A stretch of DNA of 64,000 nt from Thermovirgaceae bacterium (GCA_040767805.1 JAXGNU010000006.1:61621-125620), one strand, 5' to 3'. Positions 52,069 to 62,303 are shown, counted from the first letter of the stretch. Notes: generated by a model not told the origin, from the sequence alone. Numbers and translations are program-made.

Positions 52069-52111
52069 GACAACCTCCTCCGGGCGAATGGACTGCCCCC
52101 TGGATAATTTT

Positions 52112-53194
52112 TCAGACCCTTGCGTACACCCGGGCCGCCTCCTGCCCGCCCATCACCCTGAGAGCTCCCTCCGCCAGCGCTCTCATCTCGTCCTCGCCGG
52201 GGAAGAGCAGGATGGGGGCGATGAAGGAGACTCTCCCCGAGACCGCCTTGACGAAGGCCTCGCTTAAGGCGAGCCCCCCGGTCAGGACCACCGCGTCCAC
52301 CTCGCCCGAGAGGACGGCGGCCCGGCAGCAGATCTCGCGGGCGACCTGGTAGGCCATGGCCTCGAAGACGAGCCGTGCCTTCTCATCGCCGCCGGCCATC
52401 CTTTTCTCGACCTCCCGGAGGTCGTTGGTGCCGAGGTGGGCCACCAGCCCTCCCCCGCCCACCATTTTTTTCACCAGGTCTTCGAGCTTTATGCCCGTGG
52501 AGAAAACAAACCTGACCAGTTCGCCCGCCGGCAGGGAGCCCGCCCTCTCGGGTGCGAAGGGTCCCTCGCCGTCGAGGGCGTTGTTGACATCGACGACCCT
52601 CCCGCCGCGGTGGGCCCCCACGGATATGCCTCCCCCCATGTGGGCCACGATGAGGTTCGCCTCGTCGTAGGCCTTGCCGAGTTCACTCGAGGCCCTTCGG
52701 GCGACGGCCTTCTGGTTCAGCGCGTGAAAGACGGACCGCCTCTGGATCTCGGGGATCCCCGAGAGGCGGGCCTCCTCGATCAGTTCATCCACGACGACGG
52801 GGTCGACGATAAAGGCGGGGCGGCCGCCGGCCTCGTCGGCTATCCTCTTCGCCAGGGGCCCCCCCAGGTTGCTCGCGTGGGAGCCGTAGCGGCAGCTCCT
52901 GAGGTCCTCGAGCATCCCGTCGCCCACCTCGTAAGTCCCGCCGGGGATGGGGCGGAGAAGGCCGCCCCTCCCCACCACGGCGTCGAGTTCCGCCGTCTTC
53001 GTACCCTTCTCCCCCAGCGCCCGGTGGATCTCATCGAGCCTGAACTGCTCCTGGGCGGGGATGCTGGGGAACTCCCTGATCCGGTCCGCGTCGTACCGCT
53101 GGGTGTCGGACCAGACCTCCTCCGGGCCCCTGAAGAGCGCCACCTTGGTGCTGGTGGAACCGGGGTTGATGGCAAGGATAGCGGGGCGCTTCAT
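52112..53194 (-). CDS. buk: Butyrate/branched-chain acyl kinase
   Basis: INPGSTSTK, HASNLG, HALNQKA, HMGGG. Confidence 0.95.
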   Translation of the reverse strand: MKRPAILAINPGSTSTKVALFRGPEEVWSDTQRYDADRIREFPSIPAQEQFRLDEIHRALGEKGTKTAELDAVVGRGGLLRPIPGGTYEVGDGMLEDLRSCRYGSHASNLGGPLAKRIADEAGGRPAFIVDPVVVDELIEEARLSGIPEIQRRSVFHALNQKAVARRASSELGKAYDEANLIVAHMGGGISVGAHRGGRVVDVNNALDGEGPFAPERAGSLPAGELVRFVFSTGIKLEDLVKKMVGGGGLVAHLGTNDLREVEKRMAGGDEKARLVFEAMAYQVAREICCRAAVLSGEVDAVVLTGGLALSEAFVKAVSGRVSFIAPILLFPGEDEMRALAEGALRVMGGQEAARVYARV

Positions 53195-53212
53195 CCTTGG
53201 TCCCGGCGGAAA

Positions 53213-54133
53213 CTACCTGTCCTGGTAAGCCGCCAGCACGACGGCCGACGCTATCGAGAGAAGCTTCGTCTCCGGCGAATCGGACCTGCTGGTGAGCACC
53301 ACGGGGGCCTTCGCCCCGAGGACCAGGCCGGCGGTCTTGTTCTCGGCGAAATAGACGATGGCCTTGGCCAGCATGTTGCCCGCCTCGATATCGGGGACGT
53401 GAAGGATGTCGGCCTTGCCCGCCACTTCGGAGACTATCCCCTTGTGCTTGGCCGACTCCTCGCTTATGGCGTTATCCAGCGCCAGGGGGCCGTCGATGAC
53501 GCACCCCTTGATCTGCCCCCGGCGGTTCATCTGGGTCAGGGCCGCTGCGTCGATGGTGCAGGGCATATCCTGGTTGACCACCTCGACGGCGGCGAGGGCC
53601 GCCACCTTGGGCGTGTCGATGCCGAAGGCGTGGGCCAGGTTGACGGTGTTGTTTATGAGGTTGACCTTCGTCTGGAAGTCGGGGGCTATGTTGAAGGCCG
53701 GGTCGCAGATGAAGAAGACCCTGTCGTAACCCTTCACCTGGTGGAGGTAGACGTGGGAGAGGGTCCCACCGCTGCGGAGCCCGACTTCCTTGTTGAGGAC
53801 GCCCCTCAAAAAGTTGGCCGTGGAGATCATGCCCTTCATGAGGATATCGGCCTTGCCGGAGGAGACCAGCTTGACGGCCTCGATCCCGACCTCCCCCTGC
53901 CCGCCCCTTACGTCCACCACCTGGTAGTTCGAAAGGTCTATGCCCATCGGGTCGGTCACTTTCTTCAATTTGTCGGCATCACCGACCAGGAAGGCGTCGG
54001 CCACCCCCTCCTTGCGGGCGTTCTCGACGGCCTCCATGACGTCGGCGTCCTCGGCGAGGGCCACGGCTACCTTCTTGGGACCCACTTCCTTGGCGTAGGC
54101 GAGCAGTTCGACCAGCGACGTGATCCTTTTCAT
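53213..54133 (-). CDS. ptb: Phosphate butyryltransferase
   Basis: LMKG, DGPLALDNA, PDIEAGN, LTSRSD. Confidence 0.93.
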   Translation of the reverse strand: MKRITSLVELLAYAKEVGPKKVAVALAEDADVMEAVENARKEGVADAFLVGDADKLKKVTDPMGIDLSNYQVVDVRGGQGEVGIEAVKLVSSGKADILMKGMISTANFLRGVLNKEVGLRSGGTLSHVYLHQVKGYDRVFFICDPAFNIAPDFQTKVNLINNTVNLAHAFGIDTPKVAALAAVEVVNQDMPCTIDAAALTQMNRRGQIKGCVIDGPLALDNAISEESAKHKGIVSEVAGKADILHVPDIEAGNMLAKAIVYFAENKTAGLVLGAKAPVVLTSRSDSPETKLLSIASAVVLAAYQDR

Positions 54134-54226
54134 CGATGAAACCTCCTTGGTTTATTATTCCTGGTATATATTTAACATTAAACGAGCGGCGGTTCAAGGA
54201 ACGGGGGAGAAAAGGTCTCCCCGGCC

Positions 54227-55132
54227 TCACGCCTTCGACAGCACGGCCCCGAAGGCGATGGAGAGCAGCTTGGTCTCGGCGTTGTCGAAACGGCTGGTCA
54301 TCACGATGGGCTTACGGGCGCCGACGACGACGCCGGCTCCCCTACCGCCCGACATGTAGAGCATGACCTTGCCCATGAGGTTGCCCGCCTCGATGTCGGG
54401 GACCAGGAGGATGTCGGCCCGCCCGGCCACCTCGGACACGATACCCTTGTGCCTCGCCGCCTCTTCGCTCACGGCGTTGTCGAGGGCGAGGGGGCCGTCG
54501 ACGAGGCAACCCTTGATCTGACCCCTCCGGTTCATCTGGGTCAGCACCGCAGCGTCGACGGTGCATGGCATGTCCTGGTTGACCGTCTCGACGGCGGCAA
54601 GGGCCGCGACCCTGGGACACTCGACGCCGAGCCTGTGGTAGCATTCCACGGCGTTCTCGATTATCGCCTTCTTTGCCTCCAGGTCGGGGTACATCGACAT
54701 GCCCCCGTCGGTCAGGCAGAAGACCCTCCCCATCCTGGGGATCTCGAAGAGGAAGACGTGGGAGAGGAGGGAACCTGAACGGAGCCCCCACTCCTTGTTC
54801 AAGACGGCCTTCAGCAGGGTGGCGGTCTTGACGTTGCCCTTCATCAGCAGGTCCGCCTCACCCGAGGAAACGGCCTTCACGGCCAGTTCCGCTGCCCTGC
54901 CCTCGTCAGCCTCCTGGACGACCGCCCAGGAGGAGGTATCAATGGAAAACTCCGAGGCGACCTTTTCTATCCTCGCCCTGTCCCCGAAGAGTATGGGCGA
55001 GGCGACGCCCTTCTCCCGAGCCTCGGCGACGGCCTCGAGGATATCCTCCCCGTGGGGCGCGGCCACCGCCAGGACCACGGCCTTGCCGGACCGGCTTCGT
55101 TCTACCAGGAAATCGAGCGTTTCAAACGGCAT
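54227..55132 (-). CDS. Phosphate acyltransferase (Ptb paralog)
   Basis: Same motifs, but MTSRFD. Confidence 0.9.
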   Translation of the reverse strand: MPFETLDFLVERSRSGKAVVLAVAAPHGEDILEAVAEAREKGVASPILFGDRARIEKVASEFSIDTSSWAVVQEADEGRAAELAVKAVSSGEADLLMKGNVKTATLLKAVLNKEWGLRSGSLLSHVFLFEIPRMGRVFCLTDGGMSMYPDLEAKKAIIENAVECYHRLGVECPRVAALAAVETVNQDMPCTVDAAVLTQMNRRGQIKGCLVDGPLALDNAVSEEAARHKGIVSEVAGRADILLVPDIEAGNLMGKVMLYMSGGRGAGVVVGARKPIVMTSRFDNAETKLLSIAFGAVLSKA

Positions 55133-55136
55133 CCCT

Positions 55137-56225
55137 TCATGCCCTCCCCGACAGGTTCTCGCTATAGACCAGGGCTTCTTCTTCCCCCGAGAGGACCCTC
55201 AGGGCCCCCTGGGCGAGAGCCCTCATCTCGTCCTCGCCCGGGTAGACCAGCACCGGGGCTATCCACTGGACACTCGATGTGACCAGTTCGACAAAGCCCA
55301 CGTCGCGGGCGATGCCCCCGGTGAGGATCACGGCGTCGACCTCGCCGGAGAGGGCCGCCGCGAAGGAGGCTATTTCCTTGGCCACCTGGAGCGCCATGGC
55401 CCTGAAGACAAGGCCGGCCCTCTCTTCCCCCGCCTCGACCCTGGCGTCGACTTCCCTCATGTCGCTCGTGCCGAGGTAGGCCTTCAGGCCGCCGTCGCCC
55501 ACGAGCCGCCTTCGAAGGCTTGCCATGGTGTAGTCGCCGCTGTAGCAGAGGCGGGCCAGGTCCCCCGCGGGGAGGCCTCCCGCCCTCTCGGGGGAGAAGG
55601 GGCCGAACTCGTTGGCGTTGTTGAGGTCCACCATCCTACCATGGCGGTGGGCGCATACCGTTATGCCCCCGCCCAGGTGGGCGACCAGGCAATCGAGCTC
55701 GTCCCAGGGCCTCTCGAGGTCCCTGGCGGCCATCCTGACGGCCGCCTTGATATTGAGGGCGTGCCCGAGGGACCTCTTGGGCAATTCCGGCAGGCCCGTC
55801 AGCCGGGAAAGATCGTCCAGTTCGTCCACGGCGACGGGGTCGACGATGAAGGCCGGTATCCCCCTGGGTTGGGCGATGGCCTCGGCGATGATCCCGCCAA
55901 GGTTCGAGGCGTGCTCCCAGGGCTTGCCCCGCCAGAGGTCCCGCAGGACGTCCTCATCGACCCTGTAGGTTCCGCCGGGGATGGGTTCGAGGAGTCCCCC
56001 CCGCCCGACCACGGCATCGAGGGCGTCGAGGTCGCTCCCGTTGGCCCTGGCGGCCTCCTCGATGGTCTCCATTCTGAATTGGTACTGGTCCGCCAGCTTC
56101 GGGAAGGAGGATATCACCGACGGGTCGTGATCCACCGTAACCTGCCATCGCCGCTCTTCGCCCGAGAACCAGGCTATCTTGGTGCTCGTCGAGCCGGGGT
56201 TGACAGCGAGTATCTCCGGGTCCAT
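55137..56225 (-). CDS. buk: Butyrate kinase paralog
   Basis: VNPGSTSTK, HASNLG, HLGGG. Confidence 0.92.
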   Translation of the reverse strand: MDPEILAVNPGSTSTKIAWFSGEERRWQVTVDHDPSVISSFPKLADQYQFRMETIEEAARANGSDLDALDAVVGRGGLLEPIPGGTYRVDEDVLRDLWRGKPWEHASNLGGIIAEAIAQPRGIPAFIVDPVAVDELDDLSRLTGLPELPKRSLGHALNIKAAVRMAARDLERPWDELDCLVAHLGGGITVCAHRHGRMVDLNNANEFGPFSPERAGGLPAGDLARLCYSGDYTMASLRRRLVGDGGLKAYLGTSDMREVDARVEAGEERAGLVFRAMALQVAKEIASFAAALSGEVDAVILTGGIARDVGFVELVTSSVQWIAPVLVYPGEDEMRALAQGALRVLSGEEEALVYSENLSGRA

Positions 56226-56362
56226 CGCTTCGAGCTCCGCCTCCTTTGAAGGGGATATAGGCCGTTCATGGGAATTATACACTTCTTCAAACCCTGAAAC
56301 CCGGCCGGATGGAGTATACTGTTCCCCGTCTCAAAAGACAAAATACTGGGGGGTCCACCTTC

Positions 56363-57190
56363 ATGGCCCTGTGCTTTACCGATGGTGTCTTCAAACATTC
56401 CGGCGAGGCCTCGCTGCCCCTTTCCGACTTCGCCTTCCAGAGGGGCGTCGCCGTGTTCGAAAGCATCAGGACCTACGATGGGAGGCCCATGGCCCTCACC
56501 CCCCACCTGGAAAGGCTCGCCGCCTCCGCCGCCGGGTCGAGGATCGCCATGCCCGTACCCATCGAGGAAATGAAGAACATAATAAGGGAGGGCATAGGCC
56601 TGGTCGGCGGCGAGGTCAGCGTCCGGCCCTACATCACCGGCGGCGATGCCCTGGACCGCGAACGCGGCTTCACCAGGCCCCGACTTTTCATACTCTTCGA
56701 GCCCCTCGTCCCCTTCCCCGAAGAGAATTACCGGGAGGGTGTCGCCCTGTTCCCCGACGACTCGTCGAGGCCCCTGGCCGGCATAAAAAGCGTCAACTAC
56801 CTGGAAAGCTTCCTCCCCCTCGCCGGGGACCACGAAGCGGTGGAGGTCCTCTACTGCCCGGGAGGGGAAATAACCGAATCCTCCCATAGCAACGCCTTCA
56901 TGCTCCTCGGGGGGAAGATCCTTACCGCCCCCGAAGACAGGGTCCTGCCCGGGACCATGAGGGCGATGGCCCTCGAGGTCGCCGGGGAAGCGGGCTTCCC
57001 CGTCGAGGAGAGGTGCCCCTTGACCGTCGAACTCCCCCTCTGCGAGGAGTTCTTCATCACCGGCAGCGTGAAGGAGATCCTCCCCGTCGTCAGGGTGGGG
57101 AGGACGATCATCGGCGGCGGCAAGCCGGGGCCGGTATCATCGCACCTGAGGAGGCTTTACCTCCAGGACCTGGACCGCTGGCTGGAGTAA
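56363..57190 (+). CDS. Class IV PLP aminotransferase, likely D-amino-acid transaminase
   Basis: QRGVAVFE, HLERL, KSVNY, ESSHSN, LPGTMR, GSVKE. Confidence 0.85.
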   Translation: MALCFTDGVFKHSGEASLPLSDFAFQRGVAVFESIRTYDGRPMALTPHLERLAASAAGSRIAMPVPIEEMKNIIREGIGLVGGEVSVRPYITGGDALDRERGFTRPRLFILFEPLVPFPEENYREGVALFPDDSSRPLAGIKSVNYLESFLPLAGDHEAVEVLYCPGGEITESSHSNAFMLLGGKILTAPEDRVLPGTMRAMALEVAGEAGFPVEERCPLTVELPLCEEFFITGSVKEILPVVRVGRTIIGGGKPGPVSSHLRRLYLQDLDRWLE

Positions 57191-57194
57191 GGAC

Positions 57195-57224
57195 CGTGAA
57201 TCGGGAATCGTTGGTCGTGAATCG
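57195..57224 (+). repeat. Heptamer tandem repeat (CGTGAAT-type)
   Basis: cgtgaat cgggaat cgttggt cgtgaat cg. Confidence 0.75.
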
Positions 57225-57388
57225 GAAAGGCCAGATCTTGAATCACCGGGATACCCTGTTATAAACCGAGTATTTTTTTGTACCCTTACGATCTGGATCC
57301 GGTTGTAACTCGCTGAGGCCGAATCTTACAACAAGGACTCGCCCCGTCGTTGAAAAACTTCGGTGCGAAATAACCCGACTTTCTTTTT

Positions 57389-58298
57389 GGTGATTACTCC
57401 CTATCTGGCACAAGAGGTATAAAGTCACATATATACTGACAGAGAACATTGAATATTTCGTTTCGTCGGTTATTGTACCGGAACTCGAGTTCTTTCAGGT
57501 AATAAGGGAACCAGGTCCTTGAAACACCATGGTGCTTGATAAGGCGCTCCTTGGCAAAGCTCCAGAAGCCTTCAAGGCCGTTGATGTAGACTTTGCCGCT
57601 GGCATAGACCCTTTTGCCGTGATCGACCTTGAGGTGCCTGTATCCGCAGAACATAAGGGAATCATAGACCTTGAACTTGTCCGTGTAGACTATGCTTCCG
57701 CGGCGCACCTTCCTGACGGTCATTCCCAGAAGGGTTTCGGCCCTTACGTTCGGGACGGCCTCCACATGGACAAGTCCGTCCCTTTCCAGAATGCCGAAGA
57801 CCGGGACCTTGCCGGAGGCGCCGCGGCCGCGTCTGCCTTTACGTTTGCCGCCGAAATAGGATTCATCTATTTCCACCTCGCCGCCCAGAAGCTTTTGGGC
57901 ATCGGGTGCATGGGCCAGAATGGCCCCTCTAAGAACCATTACGGCCCTGTGGGCGACCTTGTATGAAACGGACAGCTGTTGGGCGATCTTCCGGGATGAA
58001 AGCTCCAGTTCGAAGAGCTTTATAAGCCGAAGCCACTGTCCGCAGTCAAGGTCAACCAGATTTATCCACCTTCCGGAGAAGTCATGGAAGGTATAACCGC
58101 AACGGGAACATCGACGTCTACCGTCAGTAAGCCTGTAAAGTTTTCTTTGTCTGCATTTAGGACAAAATCTTTGTTGGTTTTTCCAGCAAAATCCCAACAT
58201 GAATTTCCTGGCTGCAGACTCGGTACGGATCAAGTGTTCATAGGCTTTGAGGTCCATGGCACCATCCTAATACCAGTGCCAAATAGGGTGCAATCACC
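57389..58298 (-). mobile_element. Complete IS1595-family element, 910 bp
   Basis: 23-bp TIRs, 20/23 identical (57389-57411, 58276-58298); 8-bp TSD TTCTTTTT (57381-57388, 58299-58306). Confidence 0.93.
57394..58257 (-). CDS. IS1595-family transposase
   Basis: CPKC..CSRC zinc ribbon, VEIDESY, YTD, INGLEGFW, YLKELEFRYN. Confidence 0.95.
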   Translation of the reverse strand: MDLKAYEHLIRTESAARKFMLGFCWKNQQRFCPKCRQRKLYRLTDGRRRCSRCGYTFHDFSGRWINLVDLDCGQWLRLIKLFELELSSRKIAQQLSVSYKVAHRAVMVLRGAILAHAPDAQKLLGGEVEIDESYFGGKRKGRRGRGASGKVPVFGILERDGLVHVEAVPNVRAETLLGMTVRKVRRGSIVYTDKFKVYDSLMFCGYRHLKVDHGKRVYASGKVYINGLEGFWSFAKERLIKHHGVSRTWFPYYLKELEFRYNNRRNEIFNVLCQYICDFIPLVPDRE

Positions 58299-58352
58299 TT
58301 CTTTTTTCCCTCACCGTTGATCCCCTACGTTTTTCGCCCTTTGGTTCAGGGC

Positions 58353-59078
58353 TCAAGATCCTTGATTTACGATTTTGCCTATCTCCTCCAGGGTCGCCAC
58401 TATATCGCCGCGGATGACCGCGTCGGCCATGGAGTCCAACCTGGTGGGCGTCATGTTGATGATGAATAGTTTCGCCCCCGCCCTCTTCGCCAGCATGGGG
58501 TAGGCGTTGGCGGGCGATACCTCCAGGGAGGAACCCAGGACCAGGAAGGAGGAGGCCGTCCCCGAGAGGTCTTCGGCGGCCTCCATGGGACCTTCGGGGA
58601 GCATCTCCCCGAAGAGGACCACCCCGGGCCTCAGGGGACCCCCGCAGTCGGGGCAGTCGTCCCGCTCGAGGAAAAGCCCGCTGTCGAAGGACGCCCGGCA
58701 GCGGGCGCAACTGACCTTCCTGAGGTTCCCGTGGAGTTCATGGACTTCCCTGGAACCCGCCGCCTGGTGAAGCCCGTCGACGTTCTGGGTGATAATGCCC
58801 TTCAGGAGCCCCCGGGATTCCCAATCCGCCAGCACCCGGTGCCCCCGGTTGGGCTCGACCCCCCGGAGCATCCTTATCCTGTGCCGGTAGAACTCCACGA
58901 ATTCGTCGCGGTTATTCTCCATGGCGGAGACGGAGGCCAGGATCCGCGGGTCCTTTTGCCTCCACAAACCGTCGGCGCCCCTGAAGTCGGGAAGCCCCGA
59001 AGCCGTGCTCATGCCCGCCCCCGATAGGACGACAAGGTCACCGGCGGCGATACTTTCAGCGATGAAGTCCAAGCCCAT
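58353..59078 (-). CDS. cobB: Sir2-family NAD-dependent deacylase
   Basis: GAGMSTASGLPDFR, TQNVDGLH, LHG, two CxxC. Confidence 0.93.
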   Translation of the reverse strand: MGLDFIAESIAAGDLVVLSGAGMSTASGLPDFRGADGLWRQKDPRILASVSAMENNRDEFVEFYRHRIRMLRGVEPNRGHRVLADWESRGLLKGIITQNVDGLHQAAGSREVHELHGNLRKVSCARCRASFDSGLFLERDDCPDCGGPLRPGVVLFGEMLPEGPMEAAEDLSGTASSFLVLGSSLEVSPANAYPMLAKRAGAKLFIINMTPTRLDSMADAVIRGDIVATLEEIGKIVNQGS

Positions 59079-59094
59079 GCCGCTCGCTCCCTTC

Positions 59095-59958
59095 TCAGAT
59101 ATTCCTGGCCCTGAAGACGAGCACTATCCCCGAGAGGATCACCGCCATGGCGGAGACGGAAATGAACGAAACAGACTCCCCCGCGAAGAGAACCCCCAAA
59201 ACCGTAGCTATGATGGGGTTGGACAGGGTATAGCTCGTAGCCAAGGCCGGGCTCACCGTCCTCAGTAGGTAACGGTAAAGGGTGAATCCAATGATTGAAG
59301 AAAAGACCACCAAATGGAACAAGCCCATCGATGCTTTAGCTGTAAGCGGCCAGGAGATTCTCTCTCCGGTAAGGGTAGAGACGACAAGCAATAAAATCCC
59401 CCCCGCTATCATCTCCGTGGCGGAAGCTATGGGTTTACCCAGGCTTTTGAAGCGGTTGTTGAGGACCGATCCGAGGGACCAGATGACCGAGGCCGCCAGG
59501 ATCACCGAGGCGCCCATGGGGTTGCCGCTTATGCCCTTGTCTAAGTTGAGAAGGGCTACGCCGATGATGCCTGTCCCCAGGCCGACCCACTCCAAGGGAG
59601 GCGGCATCTTCTCCCAGACGCCGGTGAAGAGCACCGTCCATAAAGGGGTACTAGCCAACAGCATCGCCGAAAGCCCTGAAGCTACCCACTGCTGTCCCAC
59701 GCAGAGAAGACCAGCACCCCCCAAAAATAGCAGGGCTCCCACGATGAAGGAATCGATCCACCCCCGGAGGGATAGTCTCTCGTCACCCTTAAGTCGGAGG
59801 AAGACGTAAAGGGAGGCTCCCGCCAGAAGAAAGCGGACAGCGTTAAGCATGAAGGGTGGAAAGCTTTCAAGGCAAAAACGGTTGGCAAGAAAAACGGAAC
59901 CCCACACCGCATAGAGGATGAGTACCTTGTACCTTGCCAGGGCACTATCCTGTCCCAA
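59095..59958 (-). CDS. EamA/DMT transporter (YedA-like)
   Basis: YAVWGS, PPF..RF, NP; 10 TM. Confidence 0.88.
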   Translation of the reverse strand: MGQDSALARYKVLILYAVWGSVFLANRFCLESFPPFMLNAVRFLLAGASLYVFLRLKGDERLSLRGWIDSFIVGALLFLGGAGLLCVGQQWVASGLSAMLLASTPLWTVLFTGVWEKMPPPLEWVGLGTGIIGVALLNLDKGISGNPMGASVILAASVIWSLGSVLNNRFKSLGKPIASATEMIAGGILLLVVSTLTGERISWPLTAKASMGLFHLVVFSSIIGFTLYRYLLRTVSPALATSYTLSNPIIATVLGVLFAGESVSFISVSAMAVILSGIVLVFRARNI

Positions 59959-60046
59959 CGCAACCCCTCCCCGGGAAATGGTCTTCGGTTTGCCCGACCC
60001 TCCCATTGTAACGCTTTGGGGAGGCGCTACCACCCCCGGGGTGAGG

Positions 60047-60616
60047 CTACCGCCGGCCGCCTTCGCCCCTCACGGCCAGCCTCAGCCTCGCCCCGACCCT
60101 CGAAGCCAGGGCGGCGGTGCCGGCCATCTTGAGGATATCACCGGCGATGAAAGGGATCACGCCGAACTCTAAAACCTGCCCCACGGTCGCTTCCTTGCCG
60201 GCGAGGTAGTTGAGGTTCAGGAAGAGCACGAAGCCCCCCGCGATGTATATCACCACCGTACCGGCGAGGCACGCCGCCAGGTACAGCAGGAAGGAGGGGT
60301 TCTTCGACCTTTCCGATATGAAGCCGATGACCCATGCGCCGGCGATAAAGCCCAGCAGGTAGCCGAAGGTGGGGTGCAGGATGTACTGGGGTCCCCCCCC
60401 GCCGGTGAAAACGGGAAGGCCCACCAGCCCCATGCCGAGGTAGAGGGCCTGGGCCAGGGCCCCGGCCCGCGACCCGAGGAGCGTGCCCGACAGGAACACG
60501 AAAAGGGTCTGCAGGGTGATCGGCACGGGCGGGAAGGGTATCCGGATGAAGGCCCCCACGGCGGTCAGGACCGCGAAGAGGGCCGACAGGGTCATGGTCC
60601 TGACGGGAAAGCGCAC
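60047..60616 (-). CDS. bioY: Biotin ECF S-component
   Basis: PVPITLQT, GLPVF, PTFGYLLGF, PFIAGD..K. Confidence 0.94.
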   Translation of the reverse strand: MRFPVRTMTLSALFAVLTAVGAFIRIPFPPVPITLQTLFVFLSGTLLGSRAGALAQALYLGMGLVGLPVFTGGGGPQYILHPTFGYLLGFIAGAWVIGFISERSKNPSFLLYLAACLAGTVVIYIAGGFVLFLNLNYLAGKEATVGQVLEFGVIPFIAGDILKMAGTAALASRVGARLRLAVRGEGGRR

Positions 60617-60629
60617 GATCCACCTCCAT

Positions 60630-60657
60630 CGTCAACCTATACTAAACTTGGTTGACA
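60630..60657. promoter_or_regulatory. BirA operator
   Basis: GTCAACC-N12-GGTTGAC palindrome directly upstream of the bioY RBS; fits TGT(C/T)AAC-N14-GTT(G/A)ACA. Confidence 0.8.
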
Positions 60658-60815
60658 TAGCATGGAGAGATTTTACAGCCGGCGGGGGCAAATGACAAGG
60701 AAGGGCGCCGACCGGGGGCAATGCCGCCTTGGTCACTTCGTGGGGCAACGAATGCCTTTCACCGTGACCCTGCGGGGTACGGCGGGGGTACAGTGCCGTG
60801 CCTGGAACAGTTCGT

Positions 60816-62303
60816 TTATTTCGAGGTCGAGGAATAGAGGAATTTTCCCGGGACCTCCCCGGGGATAATCATTTCCAGGTCCGCCACCCTCCCGTCCCTC
60901 TCCACGGCCACGCTTATGGTCTTCCCCGAATTTTTCATGATGATGACCTTGAAATCCTCCAGGGACCCGTCGGCACAGAACTTCACCCCCCCGGCGGAGA
61001 GGACCCTGTCTCCTTCTCTCAAACCGAGGCTCTCGCCGAAGGAGCCCTTGGAAAGGACGAGAAGGTGAAAGGGGTCCCCGGTGGTAGTTACCGCGCCCAA
61101 TGCGAAGGGTGTCGGACGCTTTTCCAGGCCCAGGCCGTACCTCACGTCCCTCGGCATCTTCCCGTTTAAAACCGCCGACAGGCCGTACAGCTCCTGGATG
61201 TCGGGAAACCCCAAGAGCAGCACTTCCCTTTTTATGTTGTAGGCGGCCTTGGCCAGCTTATTCAAGTGCTGGGGCTCGGCCCCCCAATCCTCGGTCCGTT
61301 GCCCCTGGATCACGGCCTGGATGAAATAATTTCCCATGGCCACCTGGTTTTGGCCGGCCTCCTGCAGGTTCTTCATGACCTTGTCGCGGAGCGGGTCACC
61401 GGAGGTGATCCCTCCCAGCTTCCTGAGGGCCGTTTCGAGCCTCACCTGGTGATCGTAAAAGGCCTGGGGCACCCCTTGAATAAAACCTGTACCGCCAGTC
61501 GCTACCTCGGCCCAAAGGTAGACGCTTTCGTGGTTGAAAAGGACGGCCAGGAAATCGAGAATGGCCTGGTCGGCCTCCTCCGAAAGGCCCGTATCCGGCT
61601 CGACGGGCGGGGAACCGGCCGACGGGGCGGCCACCCCGGCCTGTTGCCCGGGGGCTGATCCGAACACCATAACGGCTATGAAGGCCGAGGGTATGAGGAC
61701 CCGCCCTCCCGGAGTTTCTATCACGACACCGGTGACGTTCCCCTTCTTGTCAAGGGCGGGCGCGCCGCTGTTGCCCCACGGCGCCTCACCCGACAGGATG
61801 TACCTTTCGATTTTTCCCGCCCCCTGGCGGACCTCTGCTACGGAGAGCTTGATGAACCCGAAGACCCCGTCCCTGGTGGCACCGCAATGGACCATCGCAC
61901 CCCGGGCGATCTCGGCCGGCTCGAGGGAAAGGCCCTCCCCGCCTTTGACCGGAGCGTCTATAAGGGCCAGGCCCCTTTCCCCGTCGACGGCCAAGACCCC
62001 TGGGGAAAGGACCTCGGAGCCATCCTGGAAGTGCAGGGTTATCCTGGCTGCGTCGTTCAAAAGGCGGGCGTCCGTCACGGCCCTGTCGCCATCGCCCACA
62101 ACGAAGGCCATGCCCGTGTTCACCCCGCCGCTTTTCGTCTCGACCCTCAGGGCCGCCATGGACTGGACGGCCTTAGAAAAGGCGACGGCATCCACCTGCG
62201 CCTGGGCGGTCTCCGCCCGGCGGTCCGGGTATAGGGACCACCCCAGGAACAGGAAAAGGAAAAGCATTACCCGACCGGAACGCCCCTTCGCCACCTCCAC
62301 CAC
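60816..62303 (-). CDS. Secreted trypsin-like plus PDZ protein, probably inactive
   Basis: GNSGAP; TDAR where TNAH is expected; C-terminal GLREGD..VERDG PDZ. Confidence 0.7.
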   Translation of the reverse strand: MVEVAKGRSGRVMLFLFLFLGWSLYPDRRAETAQAQVDAVAFSKAVQSMAALRVETKSGGVNTGMAFVVGDGDRAVTDARLLNDAARITLHFQDGSEVLSPGVLAVDGERGLALIDAPVKGGEGLSLEPAEIARGAMVHCGATRDGVFGFIKLSVAEVRQGAGKIERYILSGEAPWGNSGAPALDKKGNVTGVVIETPGGRVLIPSAFIAVMVFGSAPGQQAGVAAPSAGSPPVEPDTGLSEEADQAILDFLAVLFNHESVYLWAEVATGGTGFIQGVPQAFYDHQVRLETALRKLGGITSGDPLRDKVMKNLQEAGQNQVAMGNYFIQAVIQGQRTEDWGAEPQHLNKLAKAAYNIKREVLLLGFPDIQELYGLSAVLNGKMPRDVRYGLGLEKRPTPFALGAVTTTGDPFHLLVLSKGSFGESLGLREGDRVLSAGGVKFCADGSLEDFKVIIMKNSGKTISVAVERDGRVADLEMIIPGEVPGKFLYSSTSK

